From Mobula hypostoma (Eukaryota), in assembly GCF_963921235.1 (NCBI RefSeq), contig NC_086097.1, positions 250,358,001 to 250,422,000 of the forward strand: DNA of 64,000 nt, written 5' to 3'. A program made the position numbers and the translations under genes. Each line of letters begins with the position of its first letter. The stretch's first letter is position 1. A model generated the notes under the pieces. The model saw only the letters and a list, made by a program, of their open reading frames with translations, was not told the DNA's origin and did no database searches. Positions 37,869 through 50,679 of this stretch are shown in pieces.

Positions 37869-37904
37869 AGTCGACGTTTCGGGCCGAGACCCTTCGTCAG
37901 GACT
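37869..37904 (-). ncRNA. Minimal type-I hammerhead ribozyme motif
   Basis: Minus strand agtc-CTGACGA-a-gggt-ctcg-gccc-GAA-ACGT-C-gact; 37870-37903 is identical to 36191-36224. Confidence 0.78.
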
Positions 37905-38471
37905 AACTGAAGGAAGAGCTAGTAAGAGATTTGAAAGTGGGAAGGGGAGGGGGAGATCCAAAATGATAGGAGAAGACAGGAGGGGGAGGGATGGAGCCAA
38001 GAGCTGGACAGGTGATTGGCAAAAGGGATATGAGAGGATCATGGGACAGGAGGCCCAGGGAGAAGGAAAGGGGGGGGGGGAGAAAACCAGAGGATGGGCA
38101 AGGAGTATATTCCGTCTGGGTAGCCTCCAACCTGATGGCATGAACATTGACTTCTCAAACTTCCGCTAATGCCCCACCTCCCCCTCGTACCCCATTCGTT
38201 ATTTATTTATTTTTATACACACATTCTTTTTCTCTCTCTCCTTTTTCTCCCTTTGTCCCTCTGACTATACCCCTTGCCCATCCTCTGGGCTTTCCCCCTC
38301 CCCCCTTTTCCTTCTCTCTGGGCCTCCTGTCCCATGATCCTCTCATATCCCTTTTGCCAATCACCTGTCCAGCTCTTGGCTCCATCTCTCCCCCTCCTGT
38401 CTTCTCCTATCATTTCGGATCTCCCCCTCCCCCTCCCACTTTCAAACCTCTTACTAGCTTTTCTTTCAATT

Positions 38472-38507
38472 AGTCCTGACGAAGGATCTCGGCCTGAAAC
38501 GTCGACT
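38472..38507 (+). ncRNA. Minimal type-I hammerhead ribozyme motif (stem II variant)
   Basis: agtc-CTGACGA-aggatctcggcct-GAA-ACGT-C-gact; core intact, stem II can re-pair as AGG/CCU. Confidence 0.65.
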
Positions 38508-38999
38508 GCACCTCTTCCTATAGATGCTGCTTGGCCTGCTGCGTTCACCAGCAACTTTGGTGTATGTTACACATAAAAGTTGCTGGTGAACGCAGCAGGC
38601 CAGGCAGCATCTCTAGGAAGAGGTACAGGAGGATCATGGGACAGGAGGACTAGGGAGAAAGAAAAGGGGGAGGGGGGAGAAAAGCCCAGCAGATGGACAA
38701 GGGGTATAGTGAGAGGGACAGAGGGAGAAAAAGGAGAGAGAGAAAAAGAATGTGTGTATATAAATAAATAAATAAATAACGGATGGGGTACGAGGGGGAG
38801 GTGGGGCATTAGCGGAAGTTAGAGAAGTCAATGTTCATGCCATCAGGTTGGAGGCTACCCAGACGGAATACAAGGTGTTGTTCCTCCAACCTGCGTGTGG
38901 CTTCATCTTTACAGTAGAGGAGGCCGTGGATAGACATATCAGAAGGGAATGGGACGTGGAATTAAAATGTGTGGCCACTGGGATTGGGACAGGTTATTT

Positions 39000-40160
39000 T
39001 CTGGCAAAGGTGTACTTGGTAAGTGGGAGACCTTCAAAAGTATAACTTTGCGAGTGCAAAGCTTGTATGTGCCCGTGAGAATAAAGGCAAGGATAACATG
39101 TTCAGGGAACCTTGGTGTTTTGGTATTCAAAAGATATTGAAGGAAAAGAGGAGGTGCATTGCAGATATATGCAGGTAGCAATAAAGGAGGTGCTTCAGCA
39201 ATAGAAGGAAGGCAAGAGAACACTTAAGGAAGAAATCAGGAGGGTGAAAAGAAGGAACGAGGTTACCTGACTAGATAAGGTGAAGGAAAATCCTATATTA
39301 AGAGCAAAAAGATCACAAGGAACAAAATTGATCAGAATGGTAATCTGCATGGAGTCAGAAGAGATGGGGATGGTCTGAAATAGATTTTTTTGCATCTGTA
39401 TTTACTCAGGAGACCGGCACAGAATCTATAGAAGTGAGGCAAAGCAGCATCGACTTCATGGACCCTGTACAGATTATAGAGGAGGAAGTGTTTGCTGTCC
39501 TGAGGCAAATCAGGGTGGATAAATCCCCAGATCTCCCTCACACCCTGTGGGACGCAAGTGCAGAAATTGCAGGCACCCTAGCAGAGGTATTTAAATCATC
39601 CTTAGGTTTCGGAGCTTTGACGAGTGACCAGTAGGGAGATCAGAAGCTTGAGAGGAGGGCATGTCACTCAGGCTCGCTGACTGAGTATAAAGCCAGCAGG
39701 CGGCAGATTTTTGGAGCTTTGACCAGTGACCAACTGGTGTTTGGGATTGATTAGTAAGAACAGATTGAAGGAAGGCAGAGACAAGCGGTTTAGCCGTCAT
39801 CGCAGTGGTAATCATTAGAGTGGACAGAGTTAGAGTGGAGATCTTGAGGCTTTCGTACGAGAGAGCAAATAGAAAAGCTGTAGGTAGGGTTTTTTTGCTC
39901 CCCTTCTTCACACCTGCTCAGTTTGGACAGTAGAGATGCCAGGTAGGATAGTGGAATGCCTCTCTTGCAGGATGCGGGAAGGCAGGGACACCTCCAGTGT
40001 CCTTGACGTCTATAACGGTGAGAAGCACATCCAGCTGCAGCTTTTAACAATCTGCTGTGAGGAGTTGGAGCTGGAACTGGGAGAACTTCATATCATTCGG
40101 GAGGCTGAAGAGGTGATCGATAGGACATACATAGAGGTAGTTACACCCAAGGTGCAGGAA
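39000..40160 (+). mobile_element. CR1 fragments, including a 5'UTR and ORF1 N-terminus (~39605-40160)
   Basis: ORF 39434-39634 (VDKSP). ORF 39936-40184 (VECLSCRM...LQLL...ELELELGELHIIREAE) looks like a zinc-finger/leucine-zipper ORF1 start. Confidence 0.7.
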
Positions 40161-40179
40161 TATCAGGGGCTCATAGCTT

Positions 40180-42490
40180 GTTAAGCAGTCTCACGTGCAG
40201 CAGCTTGTCATAGGCCTTCTGAAAATTCAAGCACACAACAACAACTGATTCTCCTTTGTTTATCCTGCTTGTTCTTCAAAGGATTCCAACAGATTTCTCA
40301 GGCAAGATTTCCTTTGAGGAAACCATGCTGACTACGGCCTATTTTATCATGTGCCTCCAAGTACCCTTAGAGTTTATCCTTAATAAATGACTCCAACATC
40401 TTCCCAACCACTGAAGTCAGACTAAATGGCCTATAGTTTCTTTTCTTCTCCCTCTCTCCCTTCTTGAAGATTGGAATGACATTTGCAATTTTCCAGACTT
40501 CTGGAACTATTCCAGAATTTTGTGGTTCTTAAAAGATCATTACACACTCTTCAGCCACCTCCTTCAGAACGCTGAAGTGTACATCATCTGGTCCAGGTGA
40601 CTTATCTACCTTCAGACCTTTCAGTTTCTCAAGAACCTTCTCTCTAGTAATGACAGACATTTTCAACATCTCCCTCAGTCAAGCTATTGTCCCCACATGC
40701 TTCAAAACCTCCACAATCATCCCTGTAGCAAAGAAATCAGTTGTAGCCTGTCTGAATAATTACCGTCCCGTTGCCCTGACCCCCATAGTGATGGAATGTT
40801 TTGAACGGCTTGTCAAGCCTCATATCACAGCCAGCCTCCCCTCCTCACTGGATCCTCTACAGTTTGCTTATCGTCCAAATTGCTCTACGGAGGACCCAAT
40901 ATCCACCACACTGCACACAGTTCTCTCTCACTTGGACAACAAAGACACTTATGCCAGAATCCTGTACATTGATTTCAGTTCAGCGTTCAATACCATCATC
41001 CCGCAGAAACTAGTGGAGAAACTGTCGCTTCTTGGCCTTAGCACTGCCATGTGTCGCTGGATTCTGGATTTCTTGACAGAGAGACCACAGTCAGTCCGTG
41101 TTGGTAGGAACATCTCTGACTCCATCACACTGAGCACTAGATCCCCACAAGGCTGTGTGCTTAGCCCATTGCTGTTTACACTGCTAACACATGACTGTGC
41201 AGCCAGATTTAAGGAGAACCTGATCATTAAATTTGCAGATGATACCACAATGGTGGGGCTCATCAGCAAAAATGATGAAACTATGTACAGGGAGGAGGTC
41301 AAACACCTAGAGCGCTGGTGCAGGGATAACAACTTGATATTTAATGTCACCAAAACCAAGGAGATGATCGTCGATTTCAGATGGTCTCAGCCTGAGCACA
41401 CACCCCTCAGCATCAGCGGCTCCACAGTGGAGAGAGTGGAAAACATCAAGTTCCTTGGAGTGCAGATCTCGGACAATCTCACCTGGTCCAGGAACACCAC
41501 TGGGATTGTGAAACAGGCCCAGCAGAGATTGCACTTTCTGAGGAAGCTTAAACAAGCATCACTCCCCACTAACATCTTAACTACATTCTACAGAGGCGTG
41601 GTTGAGAGTGTGCTGACCTTTTGCATCACAACCTGGTACTCCAGCTGCAGTGCTGTCGACAAAAAAGCCTTGCAGAGGGTGGTTAGGGGAGCAGAGAAGG
41701 TTATTGGGGTCTCCCTACCTTCTGTCCAAGACCTCTTTCAGAGTCGATGCCTCCAGAAGATACGGAACATCATTAAAGACCCCTCACACCCTCTCTATGA
41801 ACTGTTTGTTCTTCTGCCATCAGGCAAACGTTACAGGAGCATCAAAACTAAAACCACAAGGCTACTAAACAGCTTCCTCTCACAGGCAGTCAGACTGCTA
41901 AATAGCTGCTCTACCTGACTCTGCTTTGGACACTTTTAACTTGCACTGGACACTTATAACTGATTTTAACTGACATGTGGCTGTTGTGTTTTACTATTTA
42001 TTGTTATGTTTATTATTTAGTGTTGCGTTTGTTATGTTATGATTGCACTGCTCCTGGGAAACGCTGTCTCATTCTGCCCTGCAGAGCTGATGTACGGTTA
42101 GAATGACAATAAAGTTTTTTGAATCTTTGAATCTTGAATCTTGATAACACACTTCACACACTTCATGACCCCTGACACCTGGAACTTCAACCATACTGCT
42201 CATGTCTTCCACAGTGAAGACTGATGCAAAATACTTATTCAGTTCACCCACCATTTCCATATCCCCTATTCCTACCTCTCCAGTATCATTTTCCAATGGT
42301 TGGATATCCACTCTCACTTCTCTTTTACACTTTATGAACTTGAAGAAAGTTTTGGTATCTTCTTTGATATTATCGGCTAGCTTACTTTCGTATTCCATCT
42401 TTACCTTCTTAATGAATTTTTTAGTTGCCTTCTATTAGTTTTTAAAAGCATCCCAATCCTCTAGCTCTCCACTAATTTTTGCTCTATTAT
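40180..42490 (-). mobile_element. Old CR1 fragment split by the 40650-42144 insertion
   Basis: ORF 42069-42398 (LNKYFASVFT) continues across the insertion into a DKSPGPD-like sequence at ~40590-40610. Confidence 0.75.
40650..42144 (+). mobile_element. Young Rex1/Babar-like LINE, 5'-truncated, with an open 422-aa RT frame
   Basis: Uninterrupted ORF 40650-41918 ([42 protein letters not shown]). AATAAA at 42108-42113 and a (TTGAATC)n tail. Confidence 0.92.
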
Positions 42491-44309
42491 ACAGATGTGA
42501 ACTGTCCTACAGGATGTGACAGCAGATGTGAATTTCCTATTCCTACTCTTCACAAGTGTGAACTGTAGTACATTGTTAAACAGATGTGAACTGTCTTCTA
42601 TTCAGGACACTTACAGCAGTAGGTGTGTGGAAACGGGCCAGAGGATCACCAGCGACTCCAACCACCCCGACCACAAACTGTTCCATCTGCTTCTGCCGGC
42701 CAAACTCTATTGTAGAATTAAGACAAGGACCAACAGCCTATGGGACAGCTTCTTTCACCAGGCTATCAGATTAATCAATACACATTGATCAGATTGCATA
42801 TCTGACTGTACATACATGTATACAAGACAATTCTGTATTCAGTCTTAGTGTCTGGGCAATCTTCCCTTCCCTATTGCTTGTACATAGCTCAGAGATGCAA
42901 CATAAAATTTTTACTCCCTCGTCGTGAGATGGATGTAAGAAATAAAATTCTAATTCTATTTCCCAACATCCTTCGCTCAAATTTACAAACTCACGAGATT
43001 CTGCAGTTCCACGAAGCCCAGAGTGACTCACACAAAGTGCTCGAGATGCTCAGCAGGTCAGGCAGCATCTATGGAGGGGAATAAACAGCTGACATTTCAG
43101 GCAGAGACTCTTATACGGACTGGAAAGGAAGGGGGCGGAAGGTGGTGGGGAGGGGGATGAGTACAAGCTGGCAAGTGAATATCCATTTCTGCTGGCTGTG
43201 TGAATGGCTATTGGCTATCCTATTTGGAGACAGATTGATTTATCACAAGTACACTGAAACATATAGTGAAATGTGTTGTTTGCGTCAACAAACAACAAAA
43301 CCTAGGGATGTGCTGGGGGGAGCCCGGAAGTGTCGCTACACATTCCGACACCAACTTAGCTTTGCCCTCAATGTTCACAGAACAACACTGGCAACAACAA
43401 TAAATCAAGCTTCACAACACACAAAAGATATGGACTTCTGAGGAAGAGCTCAGATGTAATAAGGTTGAAAGAATACAGTGGAAATTTTCAAGGATGTCGT
43501 TGGGACTGGAGGACATGGGTTATGAGGAAAGATCGAATAGGCTAGGACTTTACTCCTTGGAACACAGAGGAAATTTGATAGAGGTATACAAAATTATGAA
43601 GGGTAAATGCAAACAGGCTCTTTCCATTGAGGTGGTTTGGGACTACAAGGGAGAAAGGTGAAAAATTTAAGGGGAACATGAGGGGAAACTTTTTCACTCA
43701 GAGGGTTATGAAAGTGTGGAACGAGCTACAGCGCAAGTGGTGAATGTGAGTCAATTTCAATGTTAAAGAGGTTTGGATAGGTACATGGGGGGTGGGGTAT
43801 GCAGGGCTATGGTCCCAGTGCAGGTCGATGGGAGTAGGCAGCTTAATACTTTGGAATGTACTAGATGGGCCAATGGGCGTGTTTCTGATTTGTACTTTTC
43901 TATAACACTCTGATTCTTTGACTCCAGGTTTTCCCTTTATCGCCATCTGATCAGGGTATTAATGTGTTAAGGAAATCACCTATTGTTGATAGGAATGAGA
44001 GGGAACACTGTCATTGTGTTTATCTGCCGAGATAACAAGTTGACTTTTGAGTCCCAGTGTTCAATTGTACATTCATTCATGACGTTACACACATTCACCT
44101 TACAATCCTACCACGTGGAATGTATTTGCTTGTTATCTTTTCTTCCCTTTGTCATAGAAAGAACAAAGTGCAATTTTACTGGTACGTTTTAACTCAAGCG
44201 CTGGGGTCAGTGTTATTGCATGGGCAAGTATGTCAGCATTATGCCTGGCATGATCAGTTTGGATGGCACACAAAACAAAAGCTTTTGACTACATCTCAGT
44301 ACATCAGAC

Positions 44310-45300
44310 CAGTGTTCAGTGTTTTGCAGGGACCTGTTCTGGAACCCCTCCTCTTCATGATTTTTATAAGTGACCTGGATGAAGAAGTAGAAGGGCGAGA
44401 TAGTCAGTTGGCTGATGACTCAAAGGTTGGGGGTGTTGTGGATAGTCTGGAGGATTGCCAGAGGTTACAGCGGGACATCAATAGCATACATATCTAGGCT
44501 GAGAAGTGGCAGATGGAGTTCAACCCAGATCAGTCTGAAGTGGTTCATTCTGGGAGGTCAAATTTTAAGACAGAATATAATATTAATGGTAAGACAATGT
44601 GGACAATGGCAGTGTGGAGGATCTGAGTGATCTTGGAGTCCATGCCCATAGGACACTCAAAGCTGCTGTGCAGTTTGACAGTGTTGTTAAGAAGGCATAT
44701 GGTGTGATGGCATTCAACCACTGTGGGACTGAGTTCAAGAGCTGTGAGGTAACGTTACAGCTGTATGAGACTTTGGTCAGACCCCACTTGGAGTACTGTG
44801 TTCCCTTCTGGTCACCTCACTACAGGAAGGATGTGGATACTATAGAGGGAGTGCAGAGGAGATTTACAAGGATGTTGCCTGGATTGGAGGGCATAACTGA
44901 TGAGAATAGGTTGAGTGAACTTGGCCTTTTCTCCTTGGAGCGACAGAGGATGAGAGGCGACCTGATAGAGGTGTAAAAGATGACGTGAGGCATTGATCGT
45001 GTGGATAGTCAGAGGCTTTTTCCCAGGGCTGGAATGGCTAACACGAGGGGGTATAGTTCTAAGGTGCTTGGAAATAGGTACCGAGGATATATTTTTTCAC
45101 ACAGAGAGTGCTGCCAGCGGTGGTAGTGGAAGTGGATACAATAGGGTCTTTTAAGAGCCTCTTAGATAGGTGCATGGAGCTTAGAAAAATAGAGGGCTAT
45201 TTGCTAGGGAAATTCTAGGCAGTAGGTTTCATGGTCGGCACAACTTTGTGGGCCGAAGAGCCTAAAATATGCTGTAGATTTAAATGTTCTATGTTCTATA
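44310..45300 (+). mobile_element. CR1 3' fragment
   Basis: ORF 44599-44976 (LVRPHLEYCVPFWSP); (TTCTATG)n tail. Confidence 0.85.
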
Positions 45301-47591
45301 AGACATAGGAGCATAATTAGGCCATTCAGCCCTTCTAGTTTGTTCCACCATTCCATCATGGCTGATTTATAATCCCTCTCAACCTTATTCTCTTGCCTTC
45401 ACCCTGTAACCTTTGATATCCTTACTAATCATGAATTTTGGTCAATGTTGAAGAACAGGATTCTGATCATACTGATACCAAGACACTTGGGCCACAGGAA
45501 TGGCATGAACATTGTGCTACTTATCAACCTTGTCAGGTTATCTAGCTTGTGCCACATATATTGTTAGTTTGTTATTTTCCTCAGTGAATATTTCAAGTGA
45601 TCTGCCTGGGTCCAGCACTTAAATGCCATTGCCAAGAACGCACGGCAGCACGTCTGCTTTCTTAGACATTTGTGAAGGTTTGGTATGTCATTTAAAACTT
45701 TGACAAACTTCTACAGATGAGCGGTGGAGAGTATATTGATTGACTGGCTGCATCACAGCCTGGTATGGAAACACCATTGCCCTTGAACAGAAAATCCTAC
45801 AAAAAGTAGTGGATATGGGTAAAGCCCTCCCTACCATTGAGCACATCTATATGGTGTGCTGTCACAGGAAAGCAGCATCCATCATCAGGGACCCCACCGC
45901 CCAGGCCATGCTCTCTTCTCGCAGCTGCCATCAGGAAGGTGGTACAGGAGCCTCAGGGAAACGCTTGCAACTGGAGCAGTTTATTTAAAAAGAATCCTCT
46001 TTCAATTGAAAAATCATAAAAATCAAACAGATTACCATCTGTTTTGAAAGGCAGTAAGTTCTGTACTTAAATTTATTGGATGTTGAAAGGCCTCGATAGA
46101 GTGGATATGAGGAGGATGTTTCCTGTGGTGGAGGAATTTAGGACCAGAGGGTCAGAATAGAGGGGCATTCTTTTAGTATAGAGATGAGGAGGTATTTCTT
46201 TAGCTATTGAGTAAAGAATCTGTGGAATTCATTGCCACAGGTGGTTGTGGAGGCCAAGTCATTGGGTATATTAAGGCAGATGTTGATCAATTCTTGATTG
46301 GTCAGGGCATAAACTGATATGGGGAGAATGCAGGAGACTGGGGCTGAATGGGGAAATGGCAGAGCAGATCTGATGGACTAAATGGCCTAATTCTGCTCCT
46401 ATATCTTATGGTTTTATTGTAAAGTCTACTCTGTAATAGTGAAAGTCAAACAGTAAAGGCTATGCTAGAAATAAGTGCAAAGTAGTCAGCGGAACTTTGC
46501 TGAAGGTATATCTGCAGAGACTGTTGTGTATGCAGTTATACAGGTGATGAATTTGGCACATGAAAGGAAGGCAACCTTTGACGTCACTGATCTAACGAGG
46601 GTGAACAGGGAAAAAGAACAGCTAGCCACACCTGCCCTCAGCTAATGGAGAGCTGTCTCCCCCTGCTGGTTTAAGCATTGAGTGCACAATGCAGGCATGG
46701 TTCATGTTCAAAAAACATTCATTGTCAAAGTATGCAAACATAATACAACTTTCATTTGTCTCCCTAGAGGCAGCCACGAAGGAAAGAAACCCAAAAGAAT
46801 CCGTAAAGAGGTCAAACAGTCAACGTGTAGAGAAAAACAAAACAAATCAAGTCATGCAAACAATAACCACAAGCAGATAGCATACTGAACTGAGGTCCAC
46901 AGAAAGAGCCCAAGGCCCATGTTTCGGCGCAGAGCTGAGTAAACGACGTGGAGCAGCGAGCGGAACCGGACTCTCCCTCACCTCAGGCCCCATCACTCTG
47001 ACCTTTTCAATCCGGCCCAGCGCCTAAATTGTTGCCCAAATATGGGGTTCAGTCGCTTGGCCTGGACCCTGGGCTCTCTTTAAGGACTTCAGTTCAGAAT
47101 GTCATCTGCATGTGGATATTGATTCAGCCTGTACCCAACCTTTCCGATTCGGCTTGGCACTTAAGTCAATCGAACCTCGGGTCTTCCTCACTCTCGGTGA
47201 CGGGCCCACTGCCTCGCCTTGGTTCTGCCACATTGAATCGCCTACACGTCTAAAGGGAAGTTACAGACTATTGCTTACGATGATTGTTTGCCAGAAAAAG
47301 AGAGATCAACAAATTATTTAGTTATTTGCTTTGTTTCATTGGCCACCAGCCAGAAGTCATTGAAGTTCACTGGTGCCATTTTAAAAAATGTTCAAAGGCT
47401 CGTAAGCAAACTTATCATCAAAGTATGTTTATGTCACCATATGCAACCCGGAGATTCATTTCCTTGCAGACGTTCCTAGTAGAACAAAGAAAGACCGCCG
47501 AATTAATGAAAAACTACACACAAAAACCTGACAAGCAACCAATGTACAAAAGAAGAGAATCTGTGCAAATACAAATTAATAATAATATTAG

Positions 47592-48490
47592 AAACATACA
47601 AGCATAGAAAACCTACAGCACCAGACAGGCCCTTCGGCCCACAATGCTGTGCCGAACATGTACTTTCTTTCGAAATTACTTAGGCTTACCCATAGCCCTC
47701 CATTTTTCTAAGCTCCATGTACCTATCCAGGAGTCTCTTAAAAGACCCTATCGTATCTGCTTCCACCACCGTCGCCAGCAGCCCATTCCACGCACTCACC
47801 ATTCTCTGAGTGAAAAAACTTACCCCTGCCATCTCCTCTGTACCTACTTCCAAGCACCTTAAAACTGTGCCCTCTTGTGGCAACCATTTTAGCCCTGGGA
47901 AAAAGCCTCTGACTACCCACACGATCAATGCCTCTCATCAGCTTATACACCTCTATCAGGTCACCTCTCATCCTCCGTCACTCCAAGGAGAAAAGGCCGA
48001 GTTCACTCAACCTATTCTCATAAGGCATGCTCCCCAATCCAGGCAACATCCTTGTAAATCTCCTCTGCACCCTTTCTATGGTTTCCATGTCCTTCCTATA
48101 GTGAGGTGACCAGAACTGAGCACAGTACTCCAAGTGGGGTCTGACCAGGGTCCTATATAGCTGCAGCATTATCTCTCAGCTCCTAAACTCAGTCCCATGA
48201 CTGATGAAGGCCAATACACCGTATGCCTTCTTAACCACAGAGTCAACCTGCGCAGTTGCTTTGAGCGTCCTATGGACTCAGACCCCAAGATCCCTCTGAT
48301 CCTCCACACTGCCAAGAGTCTTACCATTAATACTATATTCTGCCATCGTATTTGACCTACCAAAATGAACCACCTCACACTTATCTGGATTGAACTCCAC
48401 CTGCCACTTCTCAGCCCAGTTTTGCATCCTATCAATATCCCGCTGTAACCGCTGACAGCCCTGCACACTATCCACAACACCCCCAACCTA
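47592..48490 (-). mobile_element. CR1 3' fragment
   Basis: ORFs 47738-47971, 47978-48169 and 48278-48475; same subfamily as 17025-20247. Confidence 0.88.
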
Positions 48491-48719
48491 TGTGTTAATT
48501 AACAAAAAAAGTAAGTAAATAATACTGAGAACATGAGTTGTAGAGTCCTTGAAAGTGAGTTATAGGTTAGAGTTTGGTGTTGAGGTGAGTGAAGTTATCC
48601 ACTCTGGTCCAGAAGCCTGATGGTTGTAGGGTAATAACTGTTCCTGAACCTGGTGCCTTGGGACCCAGGGCTCCTGTACCTCCTTCCTGAGCTGAACAAA
48701 CGTGTACATACCTTGAGGA

Positions 48720-49670
48720 TCTTTGTTCATGCCAGTGCTGAGAAATGGATTAGCTTCTCCCCCTGGATCCCTGTCTCCTTCCCCTTACCTTGCCCTGTGG
48801 CACATTGTACTCCTTTATCAGCCCTTTGCCTCATCCACCGTATCATCTCCCAGCTTCTCTCATCATTCCATTTCCCCCTCACCCACATTCACTTATCACC
48901 GGTCAGATCGTACCCTTCCCACATCCCCCTCCCCCACCTACAGTACTGTGCAAAACTCTAAAGCACACTTATATAGCTAGGGTGACTAAGACTTTTGTAT
49001 AGTGCTGTATTTGTCTATGTGGAAAAAAGAGTGAATTTGTAAATCTGGCAGGAGCAAGGGATGTTGTGAATGTTGAGGGTGGAGCGTTGTGGGAGGGGTG
49101 TGGGACAATTGGCAGAGGAGGGGTGCCAGGGGGGCAGGAGTTGGCATGGGTGCAGACTCACCCAGCCCTGAGATACCAAGTCAAGTCATCTGATTCCAAA
49201 ACAATCATTACAGAATGTCTCTCTGGTGTTTCCCACTCCGTCCCCTCTCCCTTGTCCTTTTCCCAACCACGATTCCCCTCTCCCTGCCCACTTCACACTC
49301 TCAGTCCACAATAGAGATCCATATCAGAATCAGGTTTATCATCACTCACATACGTCATGAAATTTGTTTTTTTTTTGTGAAAGCAGTACAGTGTAATACA
49401 TAAAATTACTACAGTACTATGCAAAAGTTACATACATACATGTGCATAAGACTTCTGCACAACATTGTACCTGCCTTCCCCCTCTCACCTGAATTAAACT
49501 ATTATCAGCCAACTTGTTGTCCTTCTCCTCCCGCCACCCTTTTGTTTTGGCTTCTGTCCACTTATGTTCCAGTCCTGATGGAGAGTCTCGGCCCGAAATG
49601 TTGACTGTTCATTTCCCTCCATTCCTGCTGCTTGACTTGCGGTGTTCTCCCAGCGCTTTCTGTGTGATGC
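48720..49670 (+). mobile_element. Penelope-derived pseudo-LTR fragment interrupted by a TA-flanked element
   Basis: Pyrimidine-rich PLE 3' region ending in agtcCTGATGgagagtctcggcccGAAAtgttgact (49571-49606). Confidence 0.65.
48941..49467. mobile_element. Tc1/mariner-type non-autonomous element with palindromic mini-units at both ends
   Basis: TA|cagtactgtgcaaaa...ttttgtatagtgctg|TA at 48941-49007 and TA|cagtactatgcaaaag...cttctgcacaacattg|TA at 49412-49467. Confidence 0.6.
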
Positions 49671-49849
49671 TGTCAAATGGAAGCTTCTAGAACTTTAGTC
49701 CTGTGCCAGGGTCTGGCCCTCGCTCTTCCAGTTATTATATCATCTAAAATAACAATATTGGAGTTGTTATTGGTTTACCATTGTCACATGGACCAAGATA
49801 GAGTAAAAAACCCGCCTTTCGTAACGTTTGTACCGATCAAATAATTCGT

Positions 49850-50215
49850 TCATTCATTTGTTATGTGCTGTGTCTGTGTCGTATGACGTGGATGATCAGG
49901 ACCATGATTATGCTTGGAAATTTTTGTTACAGAAGTGTTTTGCCATGGCCTTTTGGGCAACGTATTTACAAGATGGGTGATCCCAGTCATTATCAATACT
50001 CTTCAGAGACTGTCTGCCTGCTGTCAGTGGTTGCATAACCTGGACTTGTGATCTACACCAGCTACTCATACGACCATCTACCACCTGCTCCCATGGCTTC
50101 ACATAACCCTGATCAGGGGGCTAAGCAGGTGCTACACCTTGCCCAAGGGTGACCTGCAAGCTAGTGGAGGGAAGAAGCACCTTACAGCTCCTTTGGCATC
50201 TCTAGCCCGCCACCT
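49850..50215 (-). mobile_element. RTE-tail SINE-like element
   Basis: Reverse-complement copy of 11915-12295. Confidence 0.6.
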
Positions 50216-50679
50216 AACTCAAACCATTACATAGTACATAGAGGTTGGGATTGGTTTATTGTTGTCACGTGTACTGACAGAGAGTGAAAAGCCTGCCCTG
50301 AACACTGTTCATACAGATCAGATCACCACACAGTGCTTTGAGCTAGAATAAGGTCAAACAATAACAATACAGAATCAAGTGTAAAAGCTACCAAAGGAAT
50401 GCAGTGCAGGGAAATGATAAAGTGCAAGATCAAAACAAAGTAGATTGTAAGGCCAAGAGTCCACCTTATTGTACAAAAGTTCCATTTAGGAGTCGCGTAA
50501 CAGTGGGGTAGAAGCTGTCCTTGGGCCTGGTGGTACGTACTGTCAGGCTTTTGTAGCCTCTACTTGACGGGAGAGGAGGGGAGCGAGATTGTCCAGGGTT
50601 GGGGGCGGGGGGGGGGTCTTTGATTATGATGGCTGTTTTGCTGAGGCAGAGAGAAGTATAGGCAGAGTCCACAGTAAAC

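Larger units (their letters stand above)
37769..38980. mobile_element. Three-armed inverted Penelope-like pseudo-LTR complex
   Basis: Minus arm 37769-38101; plus arm 38102-38568 (starts IFRLGSLQPDGMNIDFSNFR*); minus arm 38569-38980. The arms are near-identical reverse complements. Confidence 0.88.
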
